Positions 36,748 through 47,403 are shown, numbered from the stretch's first letter. The stretch: 64,000 bases of DNA from Patescibacteria group bacterium (GCA_030583705.1 CP129471.1:50506-114505), one strand, 5' to 3'. The notes: a model not told the origin generated them from the letters alone. A program made the numbers and translations.

Positions 36748-38244
36748 ATGCCAAAACTTACTTTTTTAAAACGTTTCGATCTTGAGGTTATCGCCTTTAC
36801 GTCCGGTGCTTCGGTTATGACCGTTGAATTGGTTGGATCACGCTTAGTAGCACCATTTTTGGGAGGTTCTTTAGTTGTCTGGACAACTTTAATCGGGGTA
36901 ATTTTAGCTTGTTTGTCTTTAGGTTATACTATAGGTGGACGTTTGGCAGATAAACAACCCAGTCGTTTAATACTGGCGGTTGTTATGGCCGGAGCGGGCT
37001 TGTTAATTGCCGCCGTTAATTGGCAAATAGCTTTAGTGGCGTCTTTTTCTTCTTTAATGATTGACTCTTTCGGCTTAGAATTTGCTTCAATCCTCTCAGC
37101 CTTATTCTTATTCGCTCTTCCTAGTATCCTATTGGGCATGATACCCCCTTATGCTATTAAATTAAGACTTACCTCAACTGGACAAACCGGGAAAGTAGCC
37201 GGTAATCTATATGCTATCTCAACAGTTGGAAGTATTGTCGGAACCTTTTTAACCGGTTTTTGGTGGGTACCGACTTTCGGTAGTTCAGCTACTTTGTTTG
37301 GTGTTAGCTTAGCTCTTTTAATTATTGGCTTCTTATTCTTAGCCTCCTCTCGTTTTTTGCCATATTCTTTAATGATTATCCTGGTCGCTTCAGCTGCCTT
37401 TTTCTATGAACCTAACTTTTATTTTAACCGAGACTCCATTAAAAATTTCTATGAAAGTCGTTACAGTACCTTTTTCCTACTGGAAGGTACAGACAGTGAA
37501 ACAAATAGGCCTGTTTTACAAATTTTAACTTCTCGTTATGTGGCCCAGTCTGGACGTTTTTTAGACGGGGATGATTTACTTTTCCCCTATACTCGTTTTT
37601 TTGATCATATTTTTGATCTTAATCCCGAGACAGATAAAGTGTTAATGATAGGTGGTGGAGCTTTTACTTATCCAAATCGTTTTGCCGCCATACATCCGGA
37701 TAAAGTTATTGAGGTGGTGGAAATAGACCCGTTTTTAACTGAGTTGGCTCAGAAACACTTTAATTTGGAACTAAGAGATAATTTAATTATTCATAATCAA
37801 GATGGGAGATTGTTTTTAAATAATAATGAGAAGAAATATGACGCTGTTTTGTTAGACGCTTTTAGTTCCGCGGGTTCAGTACCATTTCAATTAGCTACTA
37901 CAGAAGCGGTTGAAATGATCTATGATTCTCTTAATGATAACGGAGTGGTAATAGTTAATGTTATAGGTGCCACAGAAGGTAAGTATGCCCGTTTTGTAGA
38001 GGCTCAGTTTGCTGTTTATCAAGAAGTTTTTGGGCAGGCCATAGCTTATCCCCTTAAAACAAAAATTAAAGAAAACGAAGGAGAGGGTAAGGATTTAATT
38101 AACATTATGATTGTAGCTATTAAGAATCCAGATGAAGCCAATAAGGAACAAAGCCTTGAGCAAGAAAGTTACACTCCAAACCCAGCTCGTGTCTTAACCG
38201 ATGACTGGGCACCGGTGGATTATTATGTGTCAGGGATATTATAA
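36748..38244 (+). CDS. polytopic membrane domain fused to spermidine-synthase-like (PABS) aminopropyltransferase domain
   Basis: ~6 N-terminal TMs, then 'VLMIGGGAFTYP', 'VVEIDP', 'AVLLDAFSS' resembling SpeE fold motifs. Confidence 0.55.
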   Translation: MPKLTFLKRFDLEVIAFTSGASVMTVELVGSRLVAPFLGGSLVVWTTLIGVILACLSLGYTIGGRLADKQPSRLILAVVMAGAGLLIAAVNWQIALVASFSSLMIDSFGLEFASILSALFLFALPSILLGMIPPYAIKLRLTSTGQTGKVAGNLYAISTVGSIVGTFLTGFWWVPTFGSSATLFGVSLALLIIGFLFLASSRFLPYSLMIILVASAAFFYEPNFYFNRDSIKNFYESRYSTFFLLEGTDSETNRPVLQILTSRYVAQSGRFLDGDDLLFPYTRFFDHIFDLNPETDKVLMIGGGAFTYPNRFAAIHPDKVIEVVEIDPFLTELAQKHFNLELRDNLIIHNQDGRLFLNNNEKKYDAVLLDAFSSAGSVPFQLATTEAVEMIYDSLNDNGVVIVNVIGATEGKYARFVEAQFAVYQEVFGQAIAYPLKTKIKENEGEGKDLINIMIVAIKNPDEANKEQSLEQESYTPNPARVLTDDWAPVDYYVSGIL

Positions 38245-38398
38245 TAATTGGATGATTGTAGTGTTGTAAAAAGTAATTTTTATTTAATTATTAATCTTGC
38301 TTTATTACTGATTTTCAGATATAATTTTTTTTACTTTGTTTCATTGTTTTAACCCTTCTGCTTTTATTTAAATATATATTAATCACTCTCTTAACCCT

Positions 38399-39121
38399 AT
38401 GTCCGGACACTCCAAATGGGCCACCACCAAACGAGCTAAGGCAGTAGTTGATGCCAAACGCGGTGCGGCTTTTACTAAATTTAGTCGTTTAATTTCTTTA
38501 GCTGCTAAGGCGGGCGGTGATCCTGAAACCAATTTTCAGTTGCGTGATGCCATAGATAAGGCTAGGGGAATTAATATGCCCAAAGATAATATAGAAAGAG
38601 CCATTAAGCGAGGTACTGGTGAAGACGGTGGTGATACTATTGAAGAGTTGGTTTATGAGGGAATGGGACCTTTGGGAATACAATTTGTTATTAGGGTTTT
38701 AACCGACAACCGTAATCGTTCGGCAGCTAATATTCGTCATCTTCTTGCTAAACACGGCGGTTCCCTAGGGGCTGTCTTATGGAACTTTGAACAAAAAAGT
38801 GTCTTTTTGATCAGCCGAGAAGCTTTTAGTGCTTTAAAAAAAGACTATGAAGAGTTCTTTTTGGAGGCTATTGAAGCCGGTTTTGATGATATTATTAACG
38901 AAGAAGACGGTTTAACGTTATATGGTTCTTCGGCTGATTTTGCTAAACTTAAACAATGGTTAGTGGACATTAATTTAAGTCTTGAATCTTCGGAAATTGA
39001 ATTTATTGCCAAAGAAAAGATTAAATTAAATGAAGCAGATAAGAAGAAAATTGAGGCTTTTATTGAAGCCCTTGAGGAGGATGACGATATTAGAGATTAT
39101 GCGAGTAATTTAGATGATTAG
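38399..39121 (+). CDS. yebC: YebC/PmpR family DNA-binding transcriptional regulator
   Basis: 'MSGHSKWATTKRAKAVVDAKRG' canonical N-terminus. Confidence 0.85.
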   Translation: MSGHSKWATTKRAKAVVDAKRGAAFTKFSRLISLAAKAGGDPETNFQLRDAIDKARGINMPKDNIERAIKRGTGEDGGDTIEELVYEGMGPLGIQFVIRVLTDNRNRSAANIRHLLAKHGGSLGAVLWNFEQKSVFLISREAFSALKKDYEEFFLEAIEAGFDDIINEEDGLTLYGSSADFAKLKQWLVDINLSLESSEIEFIAKEKIKLNEADKKKIEAFIEALEEDDDIRDYASNLDD

Positions 39122-39177
39122 ATACCTAGTATTTAATTGATTATACATTAATTAAAATTAAGATTAAATTTTTTAAA

Positions 39178-39672
39178 ATGTCTTCAAGAATTATCATGGG
39201 CTTTGATCCTGGCTTAGCCGATACCGGTTACGGGATAATTAAAGAAGAGGGCAACAAGCTTACTTGTCTGGCCTATGGCTCTATTATTACTAAGGCTAAA
39301 ACTTCTTTATCTGAACGTCTAGAAATTATTTACCAAGAAACTTCCAAGCTTTTAAAAAAACATAAGCCGGAATTAGTGGCTGTTGAACAACTGTTTTTTT
39401 CTAGAAACGTTTCCACTGCTTTAATTGTTGGACATGCCAGAGGAGTAGTACTCTTAGCCATTGAACAAGCTAACTTGCCTATGATTGAATTTACCCCCAA
39501 TCAGGTTAAGCAGTCGGTTTCCGCTTATGGTTCGGCTGGTAAGACCCAGGTACAGAAAATGGTTAAAACTCTTTTGGGACTTAAAGAAATACCTAAACCG
39601 GACGACGCGGCCGACGCTTTAGCCGTAGCTATTTGCGGACTTAATTCTAGGGAGTACTTAAAAAAGAAATAA
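39178..39672 (+). CDS. ruvC: crossover junction endodeoxyribonuclease RuvC
   Basis: 'IIMGFDPGLADTGYGII', 'AVEQLFF', 'DDAADALAVAIC'. Confidence 0.85.
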   Translation: MSSRIIMGFDPGLADTGYGIIKEEGNKLTCLAYGSIITKAKTSLSERLEIIYQETSKLLKKHKPELVAVEQLFFSRNVSTALIVGHARGVVLLAIEQANLPMIEFTPNQVKQSVSAYGSAGKTQVQKMVKTLLGLKEIPKPDDAADALAVAICGLNSREYLKKK

Positions 39673-39775
39673 GAAGAAAAGAAATAAGAAGATATTTAAA
39701 AAATAAATAAGGAAAAGAAAAAGATAAAAAAGATCTCTAAAGCCTTTAGCTGTACACAAAAAGTGTTCAATGACC

Positions 39776-39804
39776 TTGACTTTTGTTTTTAGGTATGCTA
39801 TACT
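39776..39804 (+). promoter_or_regulatory. putative promoter TTGACT-17-TATACT
   Basis: Seen directly ~80 nt upstream of 39882 ORF. Confidence 0.3.
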
Positions 39805-39881
39805 TAAAATATATCAGTAAAAGACTTGTGTATAAAATAAAAACAAGTTTTAGATAACTAAACTAAAATAAAAACAAAAAA

Positions 39882-40187
39882 ATGAATAACTCTTTACAAG
39901 GTACTCAAGCCCTTACTTGGCGTTCGTACCAATTAATAAGAAAGAAAGCAATGGATCAGGAGCGCAGCTTAGCTGGGCTTGTGATAAGTCTGTCCATTGC
40001 TTTTTTTCTTGTCATTACCAGCTCAATGGTGGTCAACAGCTTTATCTCCTCATGGGAGAATAAGCAAACAATACAAGAGAACAGAAGAGAGAACTTGGTG
40101 GAAAGTCGTTCTTTGGTTTTAAATATTCAAGAGACTAAATCTCTGGAGTTTTTTTATTTGAATAATAAAAAAGACCTAGTCTCTTAG
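39882..40187 (+). CDS. hypothetical single-TM protein (101 aa)
   Basis: ORF; one hydrophobic helix. Confidence 0.3.
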   Translation: MNNSLQGTQALTWRSYQLIRKKAMDQERSLAGLVISLSIAFFLVITSSMVVNSFISSWENKQTIQENRRENLVESRSLVLNIQETKSLEFFYLNNKKDLVS

Positions 40188-40216
40188 TATTAAGTTATTT
40201 TTAATATATTAAACAT

Positions 40217-41983
40217 ATGAGTATTGAGAATATAGAATCAAATTCCTCAACTTTATCTGCCGAGCAGATTAAAGAAAAAACTGAGGCTTTAAAAATGAAA
40301 ATTAAAGAATTTGATAAAAAGAAAAAAGAGGATGTTAAGAAGCAGATGAATAAAAGAGAAGACGTTATACAAGAAATTAAAGATAATGAATCTTTAATTG
40401 AAGAGATGAAGATAAATATGGCTTATTTTGAAGATCTGCAGAAAAACCCAGAATTAGTTAGTGAGGATATTTTAAAAGAATACGAAGAGATTAAAGGCAT
40501 CTTTAATGATTTAAGTAAGCGCAAAGATGATTTGCAAGGTATGATCAACACCATTGAGGCTAATGATGAAATTATGGGATCGGTTAGAGAAGAAGCTGGA
40601 GAGATTAACGAACAAAGGAGTAAAAACGAGAAAATGGGCTTTAAAAGCGAATTTGCGCCGGTTGAGGCTCTTAATGAAATAGAAATTGTTGAGGTTAAAA
40701 ATGAAGAAGAGTTTGATCAAAACCATTATGAAGCATGGATTAACGGAAAAAAATTACCTGATCTTCCTTCTAGATTTCTTAACTTAAGAAAAGGTTTTTC
40801 TAAATACCCTACGGAAATTCAGATTGGTCAAAAATTCATATTTATAGATCCAGATAAACCTGAGGTTAAGTATCCCGAGATTGTTAATGAAAGGGATGAT
40901 TCAGTTTTATTAAATGGTAGAAAAATTAGAGGTAATGATATTTTATTTAGCGATGGTCATAATATAAGGTTTGATTTGGAAAATGATAAATTCGCTTATT
41001 TTAATAAGGAAGGTGATTTTTATGTTAATGATCATCAATGGAGCAAAGGGGCAGATCGTTATGCTAAGTTTGATGCTAAATACAACAATGTTGCTCTTTT
41101 CAGATCCAGAGAAGTAATTGTTAATGATAAGCTATGGCAAATGCCTAATAGTGATAAATTTAATAATCTTAATGAACCAACTAGCACCGAATTAAGGATT
41201 ATTAGTGGTGATTTTAATAAAAACACGGTAGCCGCAGTCATAGATGCAAGACGTAATGTTTTTTCTCTTGATCCTTTAGATAAGGAAGACGAACATAGAA
41301 GTGGACAGACAGTTTTAATGGGAGATCTTCATGGTGCCAAGAAACAATGGAATAATAACTGGGACTCAATCAAAAAAATTGTTGTTGATTCCAAAACAGA
41401 CAGTGTAGCGGTGGTAGCTAACAGAGACAAAATAGAGAATATTATTGTCATTAATGATGTTGAAGTTTCCACTCAAAAACCGATTGCAGAAATAGAGCGC
41501 TTTAGGATGGAAGACGGCTCTTTATATATTCAATATAAAACTTCTTTGTCTGGCGAAGTTGTGGCTGAAAAGATAACTTTAACACCAAATGCTCAGGAAG
41601 CTTTTAATAATAGAATTAAAGAACAACAAGACGAAGAACTTTTAAAATCTTTAAGAACAGAGATATTGTCCAAGAATGTTAACTTGGAGGATCTTTTAAA
41701 GGCTTTACCTGAAAATGAAAAATTAAAAGAAGAATTAAAAAATGCAGAGTCTTCTTCTAATCTTTATTATGAAAAATCCAGTGAGTATAAAGAGAGCAAG
41801 GAGCAATTGGAAAAAGATTTAGAAAAAGAAAGAAAGGAAAAGAAAAACAATATGGACGTTTATCAAGAAAAAGTCAGTAATTTACTTTCCATTATTTCTA
41901 ATTTACCTGAGAAGAAAATCGGTTCAGGCTATTCTTTATCTAAAGAAGACCATGATAAGCTAATTAAGTTATTAAAAGAATAA
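40217..41983 (+). CDS. hypothetical 588-aa Glu/Lys-rich coiled-coil protein with central globular domain
   Basis: Long ORF, coiled-coil-like N- and C-termini; no catalytic motif recognised. Confidence 0.45.
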   Translation: MSIENIESNSSTLSAEQIKEKTEALKMKIKEFDKKKKEDVKKQMNKREDVIQEIKDNESLIEEMKINMAYFEDLQKNPELVSEDILKEYEEIKGIFNDLSKRKDDLQGMINTIEANDEIMGSVREEAGEINEQRSKNEKMGFKSEFAPVEALNEIEIVEVKNEEEFDQNHYEAWINGKKLPDLPSRFLNLRKGFSKYPTEIQIGQKFIFIDPDKPEVKYPEIVNERDDSVLLNGRKIRGNDILFSDGHNIRFDLENDKFAYFNKEGDFYVNDHQWSKGADRYAKFDAKYNNVALFRSREVIVNDKLWQMPNSDKFNNLNEPTSTELRIISGDFNKNTVAAVIDARRNVFSLDPLDKEDEHRSGQTVLMGDLHGAKKQWNNNWDSIKKIVVDSKTDSVAVVANRDKIENIIVINDVEVSTQKPIAEIERFRMEDGSLYIQYKTSLSGEVVAEKITLTPNAQEAFNNRIKEQQDEELLKSLRTEILSKNVNLEDLLKALPENEKLKEELKNAESSSNLYYEKSSEYKESKEQLEKDLEKERKEKKNNMDVYQEKVSNLLSIISNLPEKKIGSGYSLSKEDHDKLIKLLKE

Positions 41984-41987
41984 AGGT

Positions 41988-42254
41988 ATGTTTGGCATTT
42001 TCCCTAAAACCATGGATCATTATTTTGGAAATAAAAAGAATGATGATGACAAAGAAAAGATTAAAGAAGAGTCTAAAGAAAGCTCCCAAGATGAAGATAA
42101 GAAAGCCTTGTCTGTAGATTCGGATAGTCCAAAAAATTTAAAAAAAGATTCTCAACCTTTTGGTTATCATCCTGGTTCACGTCGTGAACGTGACGAAGAT
42201 GATACTATGGATTATAGGGATCTTAGCGGTTTATCTGAAAGCAAAGAGGATTAA
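41988..42254 (+). CDS. small acidic low-complexity protein (88 aa)
   Basis: ORF immediately downstream, D/E/K/S-rich. Confidence 0.3.
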   Translation: MFGIFPKTMDHYFGNKKNDDDKEKIKEESKESSQDEDKKALSVDSDSPKNLKKDSQPFGYHPGSRRERDEDDTMDYRDLSGLSESKED

Positions 42255-42286
42255 ATAAACTTTATTTATTATTTTATTATATTAAT

Positions 42287-42475
42287 ATGATAATTAATGA
42301 TTTTCAAAATTTAGCCGGTTCTGAAAAATTGAACCCTTATCCTTCATATAATTCTCCAAAGGAGGAGCAAGATCAAGCTCAAAATCAAGATAAAGGTCAA
42401 AATAAAGACCGAGGAGATGATTATGAAATGGAAATGCCTTTTGAGCCTAATTATAATGAAGAGCTGGAGGAATAG
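42287..42475 (+). CDS. small acidic low-complexity protein (62 aa)
   Basis: ORF, D/E/Q/N-rich. Confidence 0.25.
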   Translation: MIINDFQNLAGSEKLNPYPSYNSPKEEQDQAQNQDKGQNKDRGDDYEMEMPFEPNYNEELEE

Positions 42476-42663
42476 TAATATATAGCTAGATTCAGACAGA
42501 GAGGAAAAATAATTTTAATCCCGCTTCCGTATAACAACTCCCCTTGGGGGGTTGTTTTGCTTTAGGTAAATAGGTTATACTAAGAGAGTTAATTATTTAA
42601 GCTTTATAATAGTGATTTTTAGTTTTCAGGTTTTCAGGTTTACTCTAACTTTATTAGTCTTAT

Positions 42664-45327
42664 ATGTTTTTGGAAAAATTGGAAATTCATGGTTTTAAAT
42701 CTTTTGCCGGGAAATATAGTTTAGTTTTCCCGGGAGTTGTTAATGGTAGTGCCCAGGGCATGACGGCTATTGTTGGCCCTAATGGTTCCGGGAAATCAAA
42801 CATTGCCGATGCTGTGCGTTGGGCCTTGGGCGAACAGAGTATGAAGTCTTTACGAGGTAAGAAATCCGAAGATATTATCTTTTCCGGTTCTGGCAAAAAG
42901 GCTCGTTTAAGTTTGGCTGAGGTGACCATGCATTTTAATAACGAAGACGGTCGTGCACCCATAGACTACCGACAATTTACCATTACTCGCCGGCTTTATC
43001 GGGATGGAGAAAGTGAATATCTTCTAAACGGACAACGGGTTCGTTTAATGGATATTGAGCTTCTTTTAGCTAAAGCCAATGTCGGACAAAAAACTTACAG
43101 TGTAGTCGGACAAGGTACGGTGGAGGGTTTTTTAAGCACCTCTTTAGCAGATAGAAAAGAGTTCTTTGATGAAGCAACCGGTGTTAAGCAGTTTCAGATT
43201 AAAAGAGATGATTCTTTAAATAAGTTGCGTTTAAGCCTTGAGCATCTTGGGCAGGCTGAGATGTTAGTGGCTGAAGTTGAACCAAGATTACAACAGCTAA
43301 CCAGACAAGTGGGACGTTTACGTAAACGGGGTCAGCTGGAGGTTGAACTTAAAGATCTGCAATTGGCTTATTACCGTTCGGTTTGGCATGAACTTAACGA
43401 TCATTTTACCGAAGGTAATAAAAAACTTTTAGAGCTGGATAAAGCCAAGCAAGTTAAGGATAAAAAACTGGCTGCTGTTACTGCTGAGTTGGTTAGTGCC
43501 CAAAGACAGGCCGGGGCTGGTCGTACTTTTGATAAACTTCAACAGGAATTAAGTTCTTGTCAGGCAGAAAAAGAACGTCTTGGCTCGGAGTTGGCTACGG
43601 TTAACGCTCGTTTGGAATTATCTTTGGAAAAAGCTGGTAAATTTGACTTGGCCTTTTTCCGTCGCCGCCAAACCGAGTTAACCAGAGAAGAAGCGAGATT
43701 AGGCGAAGAAGTTGAAGTTCTATCCAGACAGTTTAGCTCTGAAGAAAAAGAAGTTTTAAATTTGGAAAAAGAACGCCAAAGCTTATCTTCGGCTATTGCG
43801 GAAGCTCATAATAAACTAGGAGAGGATGATGTTTCTGGAGGCAATGATTATTTTGTTAATTTAAAAAATCGTCTTAAAAAGACTTTGGAGATATTATACT
43901 TAGCTGAGAATGCAAATGATACCGAAGGTATTAAATCCGCTTTGCGAGACTTGCGCCAAGAGTTAACCGAACTTCATGATTTAGCTGATAGAGGTGGTTC
44001 TTCGGTTGTTCAGCGTTCTCGAGCCGGTTTAATGGCTTTAACCGATTCCAAAGAAGAAATACTTGAAAAATTACGTTTAGCTAATCGTTCTTTAGCTGTT
44101 AGTGGAGAAAGGTTAAGGCTTTTAAAAGAAAGTCGGCAATCTGTAGTTAAAGAGTTGACCTCGGTTTCATCTCGTTTAAAAGAAGACTCAGGACTTGAGC
44201 CAGCTTCCTTGGAGGTTAAAAAAGAGCTTGAAAGAGCCATGGCTGAGTCAGATAAGGTTTTAGCCGAGATAAGGACTAAATTAAACGCTTATACAGCTGA
44301 ACAAGAGAATGAAAGACAACAGCTTTTTACTCTCCAAAACAGTCAGCAAGCCTTGCAAGGTGAGGTTAATGAATTATCTTCTGAATTAAATGAAGCTCGA
44401 GTAGACTCAGCTCGTTATGAAACCAAGCTTGAGGATTTGGAGGTTGAGATTAGACAGCAGTTGGGTGGCCTTAAAGAAGTTCGTGAAACAAGACTAAAAG
44501 AAGATGTAGACAGGCAAGCCGCTCGTGATAAGATAGCCTCACTTAAGCGACAACTTGAACTGATCGGGGGGCTTGATCCAGAAATTGAGAATGAATACTT
44601 AACCACTAAAGAACGTTACGACTTTTTAACCGGACAGATTAATGATTTAATGGAAACTGGCCAATCTTTGGAAAAAGTTGTTGAGGAGCTTGATATGGTA
44701 ATTAAAGAGCGTTTTGATAAAGCCTTTGCTATTATTGCCAAGAAGTTTCAGGAATACTTTAAAATACTTTTTGATGGTGGGCAGGCTGGTATAGTTAAGG
44801 TTATGGTGGACGACCCGTCTTTGGAAGAAAATAATGAAGAAATGAAAAAGGAAGGTGAGGTAACTCATTTGGATGAGACTTTAGCCGCAGTAGCCGAAAG
44901 TGAAGTTTCCACTTTATCTGCTAAGAAACTTAAGAGGATTAAGTTCTTACAAAAACATAATGCCACCGGTTTGGCTGGTATTGAAATTACCGCTTGTCCG
45001 CCCGGTAAAAAGATTATGTCTATTAGTATGTTATCTGGTGGTGAAAGAGCCTTAACGGCCATTGCTTTAATCGCGGCGATTATTAGTGCCAATCCTTCGC
45101 CTTTTGTAGTGTTGGATGAAGTTGACGCTGCTTTGGATGAAGCGAACTCAGAAAGACTGGCCAAGGTCTTGGATGATCTTTCACATAAGACGCAATTTAT
45201 TGTTATTACTCACAACCGAGCTTCCATGGTACGGGCTTCGGTTTTATATGGAGTTTCCATGCAGGATGATGGAGTCTCTAAATTGCTTAGTATTACCTTA
45301 GAAGAAGCCAAATTTAGGAACGCTTAG
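42664..45327 (+). CDS. smc: SMC-like chromosome segregation ATPase (short, 887 aa, no obvious canonical hinge)
   Basis: N-terminal 'FLEKLEIHGFKSFAG..IVGPNGSGKSNIADAVRWALGEQS', C-terminal 'LSGGERALTAIALIAAI..VLDEVDAALDEAN..ITHNRASM'. Confidence 0.75.
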   Translation: MFLEKLEIHGFKSFAGKYSLVFPGVVNGSAQGMTAIVGPNGSGKSNIADAVRWALGEQSMKSLRGKKSEDIIFSGSGKKARLSLAEVTMHFNNEDGRAPIDYRQFTITRRLYRDGESEYLLNGQRVRLMDIELLLAKANVGQKTYSVVGQGTVEGFLSTSLADRKEFFDEATGVKQFQIKRDDSLNKLRLSLEHLGQAEMLVAEVEPRLQQLTRQVGRLRKRGQLEVELKDLQLAYYRSVWHELNDHFTEGNKKLLELDKAKQVKDKKLAAVTAELVSAQRQAGAGRTFDKLQQELSSCQAEKERLGSELATVNARLELSLEKAGKFDLAFFRRRQTELTREEARLGEEVEVLSRQFSSEEKEVLNLEKERQSLSSAIAEAHNKLGEDDVSGGNDYFVNLKNRLKKTLEILYLAENANDTEGIKSALRDLRQELTELHDLADRGGSSVVQRSRAGLMALTDSKEEILEKLRLANRSLAVSGERLRLLKESRQSVVKELTSVSSRLKEDSGLEPASLEVKKELERAMAESDKVLAEIRTKLNAYTAEQENERQQLFTLQNSQQALQGEVNELSSELNEARVDSARYETKLEDLEVEIRQQLGGLKEVRETRLKEDVDRQAARDKIASLKRQLELIGGLDPEIENEYLTTKERYDFLTGQINDLMETGQSLEKVVEELDMVIKERFDKAFAIIAKKFQEYFKILFDGGQAGIVKVMVDDPSLEENNEEMKKEGEVTHLDETLAAVAESEVSTLSAKKLKRIKFLQKHNATGLAGIEITACPPGKKIMSISMLSGGERALTAIALIAAIISANPSPFVVLDEVDAALDEANSERLAKVLDDLSHKTQFIVITHNRASMVRASVLYGVSMQDDGVSKLLSITLEEAKFRNA

Positions 45328-45402
45328 TTTTGTCTTTATTTTTTCTAATTTTAGCCATATTTTTAGTAATTTTGTTAACTTTTATTTTAGTCTTTTAAAA
45401 AG

Positions 45403-45437
45403 CTTGACATGATTTTAAAAATAACATATTATTATTC
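45403..45437 (+). promoter_or_regulatory. putative promoter TTGACA-17-TATTAT upstream of 16S rRNA
   Basis: Seen directly ~300 nt upstream of 16S 5' end. Confidence 0.3.
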
Positions 45438-45738
45438 TTACTGATTATCTAAATAAGTATATCGCCCATGGCTGAGCTGATATAAACTATTAGAGACAAT
45501 TTGAAAACACGTTAAAGAAAAAACAGTGATGTGCAGCAGACAAGCTCGTATCCCTGTTTTTTCTTTCACGCTTGGAAGAAAAAAGAACTTTAAAAATTAA
45601 GATTTTTGTGCGAACAGGCGCCGATTCTAAATTCGGAAAATTCTATTTTCTATTCCTAACGCTTTTTAAGCGTTACTTGTTATGGACGGTCAAGTAAAAA
45701 ACCGCCGTTGGAAACCAACCAACTAAAAAATTACATCA

Positions 45739-45773
<35 letters not shown>

Positions 45774-46214
45774 ATGTGTCTAAGGCATGCAAGTCGAACG
45801 CGCGTAGCAATACGCGAGTGGCAAACGGGAGAGTAACACATTGGTAACTTACCTTGAAGACGGGTATAGCTCGGAGAAATCCGAGGTAATCCCCGATAGT
45901 CATGGGGGGACATAAGTCATTCCCATGTAAATGGTCCGCCGCTTCAAGAGAGGCCTATGTTCTATCAGCTTGTTGGTAAGGTAACGGCTTACCAAGGCTA
46001 CGACGGATAGCGGGTGTGAGAGCATGACCCGCCTCACTGGGACTGAGAAACTGCCCAGACTCCTACGGGAGGCTGCAGTCAAGAATCTTCCTCAATGGCC
46101 GCAAGGCTGAAGGAGCGACATCGCGTGCAGGAGGAAGCCCTTCGGGGTGTAAACTGCTTTTCTCTGGGAAGAAACAATGACGGTACCAGAGGAATAAGGG
46201 GTTGCTAAACTCGT

Positions 46215-47112
46215 AAAATAAAATTTAGCAGTAAACCTTGTATTATCGGAGTGCGACTCTTAACGGTAACGTTAAGATGCATAACTCGGCTTATATGCTG
46301 GGAACTCTAACCACGTTAATAATCTGCTGTTTAGTGGTTAGACAATCAGCAGGGAAGTTGTTATGATTCAGTTATGAATATTAGTTTAACACAAAGACAA
46401 AGATCAATTGTCATCGGCAATATTTTAGGTGATGGTTATTTGGATTTTAATGGTTTTCGCGGAACCAGGCTTCAAATGAAGCAGTCTAAAAATTATAAAA
46501 TGTATATTTTTTGGCTTTATCGTGAATTCTTTAATATATGCAAAGATCATCCCAAAGCAAGACCTGATGGTAGTCAATGGTTTTTCGGTACAAGATACCT
46601 AGATGAGCTAACAGAATTAAGGCAACGATTTTATAACATTTCAGGTAAAAAAATCGTTCCCAATGAGATCGGTAAAATTTTAACCGACCCTCTTTCTTTA
46701 GCTGTTTGGTATATGGACGACGGAACATTGGACTGGAGACTTAAAGATCATTATGCTTTCAGTTTAGCCATCAATTGCTTTTCTCTATCGGAAGCGGCAA
46801 TGTTATCCAATACATTGCTCTGTAATTTTGATATTAAAACAACTGTGCAAAATCCTTTGTGCAGAGGTAAAAGATATCCAAGATTATACATAGGCAAAAC
46901 CGGCAGAGATAAATTTTTGTCTTTAATAAAACCTTATATGGTTTCTTGTTTTAACTATAAATTACCTCCTCATAATTAACCCCTCAGAGACTGATCCTTA
47001 AGTGGAGAGATAGCGGTACTTCAACTATGTTGAAAATCAATCTGCCGCTATAAAACGCCGGGCATCCTATTTTTATAGGATGGTGATATAGTCCAATTGG
47101 CAATATTTATTG
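46215..47112 (+). mobile_element. group I-type intron in 16S rRNA inserted inside the universal 515F site (after E. coli ~516), carrying a LAGLIDADG ORF
   Basis: Exon GCTAAACTCGT^GCCAGCAGCAGCGGTAATAC; 5' exon ends U, intron ends G; shares 'atatgctgggaactc' and 'acaatcagcagg' elements with 23S intron 1. Confidence 0.65.
46374..46979 (+). CDS. double-motif LAGLIDADG homing endonuclease (intron-encoded)
   Basis: 'IGNILGDGYLD' and 'LAVWYMDDGTLD' motifs. Confidence 0.75.
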   Translation: MNISLTQRQRSIVIGNILGDGYLDFNGFRGTRLQMKQSKNYKMYIFWLYREFFNICKDHPKARPDGSQWFFGTRYLDELTELRQRFYNISGKKIVPNEIGKILTDPLSLAVWYMDDGTLDWRLKDHYAFSLAINCFSLSEAAMLSNTLLCNFDIKTTVQNPLCRGKRYPRLYIGKTGRDKFLSLIKPYMVSCFNYKLPPHN

Positions 47113-47372
47113 GCCAGCAGCAGCGGTAATACGAGTACCCCAAGCGTTATCCGGATTTATTGGGCGTAAAGCGTGCGTAGGCGGTTTATAACATCTCTTG
47201 TTAAATCCCAAGGCTCAACCTTGGGGCTGCGGGAGATATGGATAAACTAGAGACTGGGAGAGGCAAGCGGAATTGCTGGTGTAGGGGTTAAATCCGTTAA
47301 TATCAGCAGGAACACCAAAAGCGAAGGCAGCTTGCTAGAACAGTTCTGACGCTCAGGCACGAAAGCGTGGGG

Positions 47373-47403
<31 letters not shown>

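Noticed and set aside
47095-47131. Apparent 3-mismatch divergence of the 515F primer site
   Set aside because: Once intron 1 is placed after 'GT', the spliced site reads GTGCCAGCAGCAGCGGTAA, a single C->A difference; the notable feature is intron insertion inside the primer site, not sequence divergence
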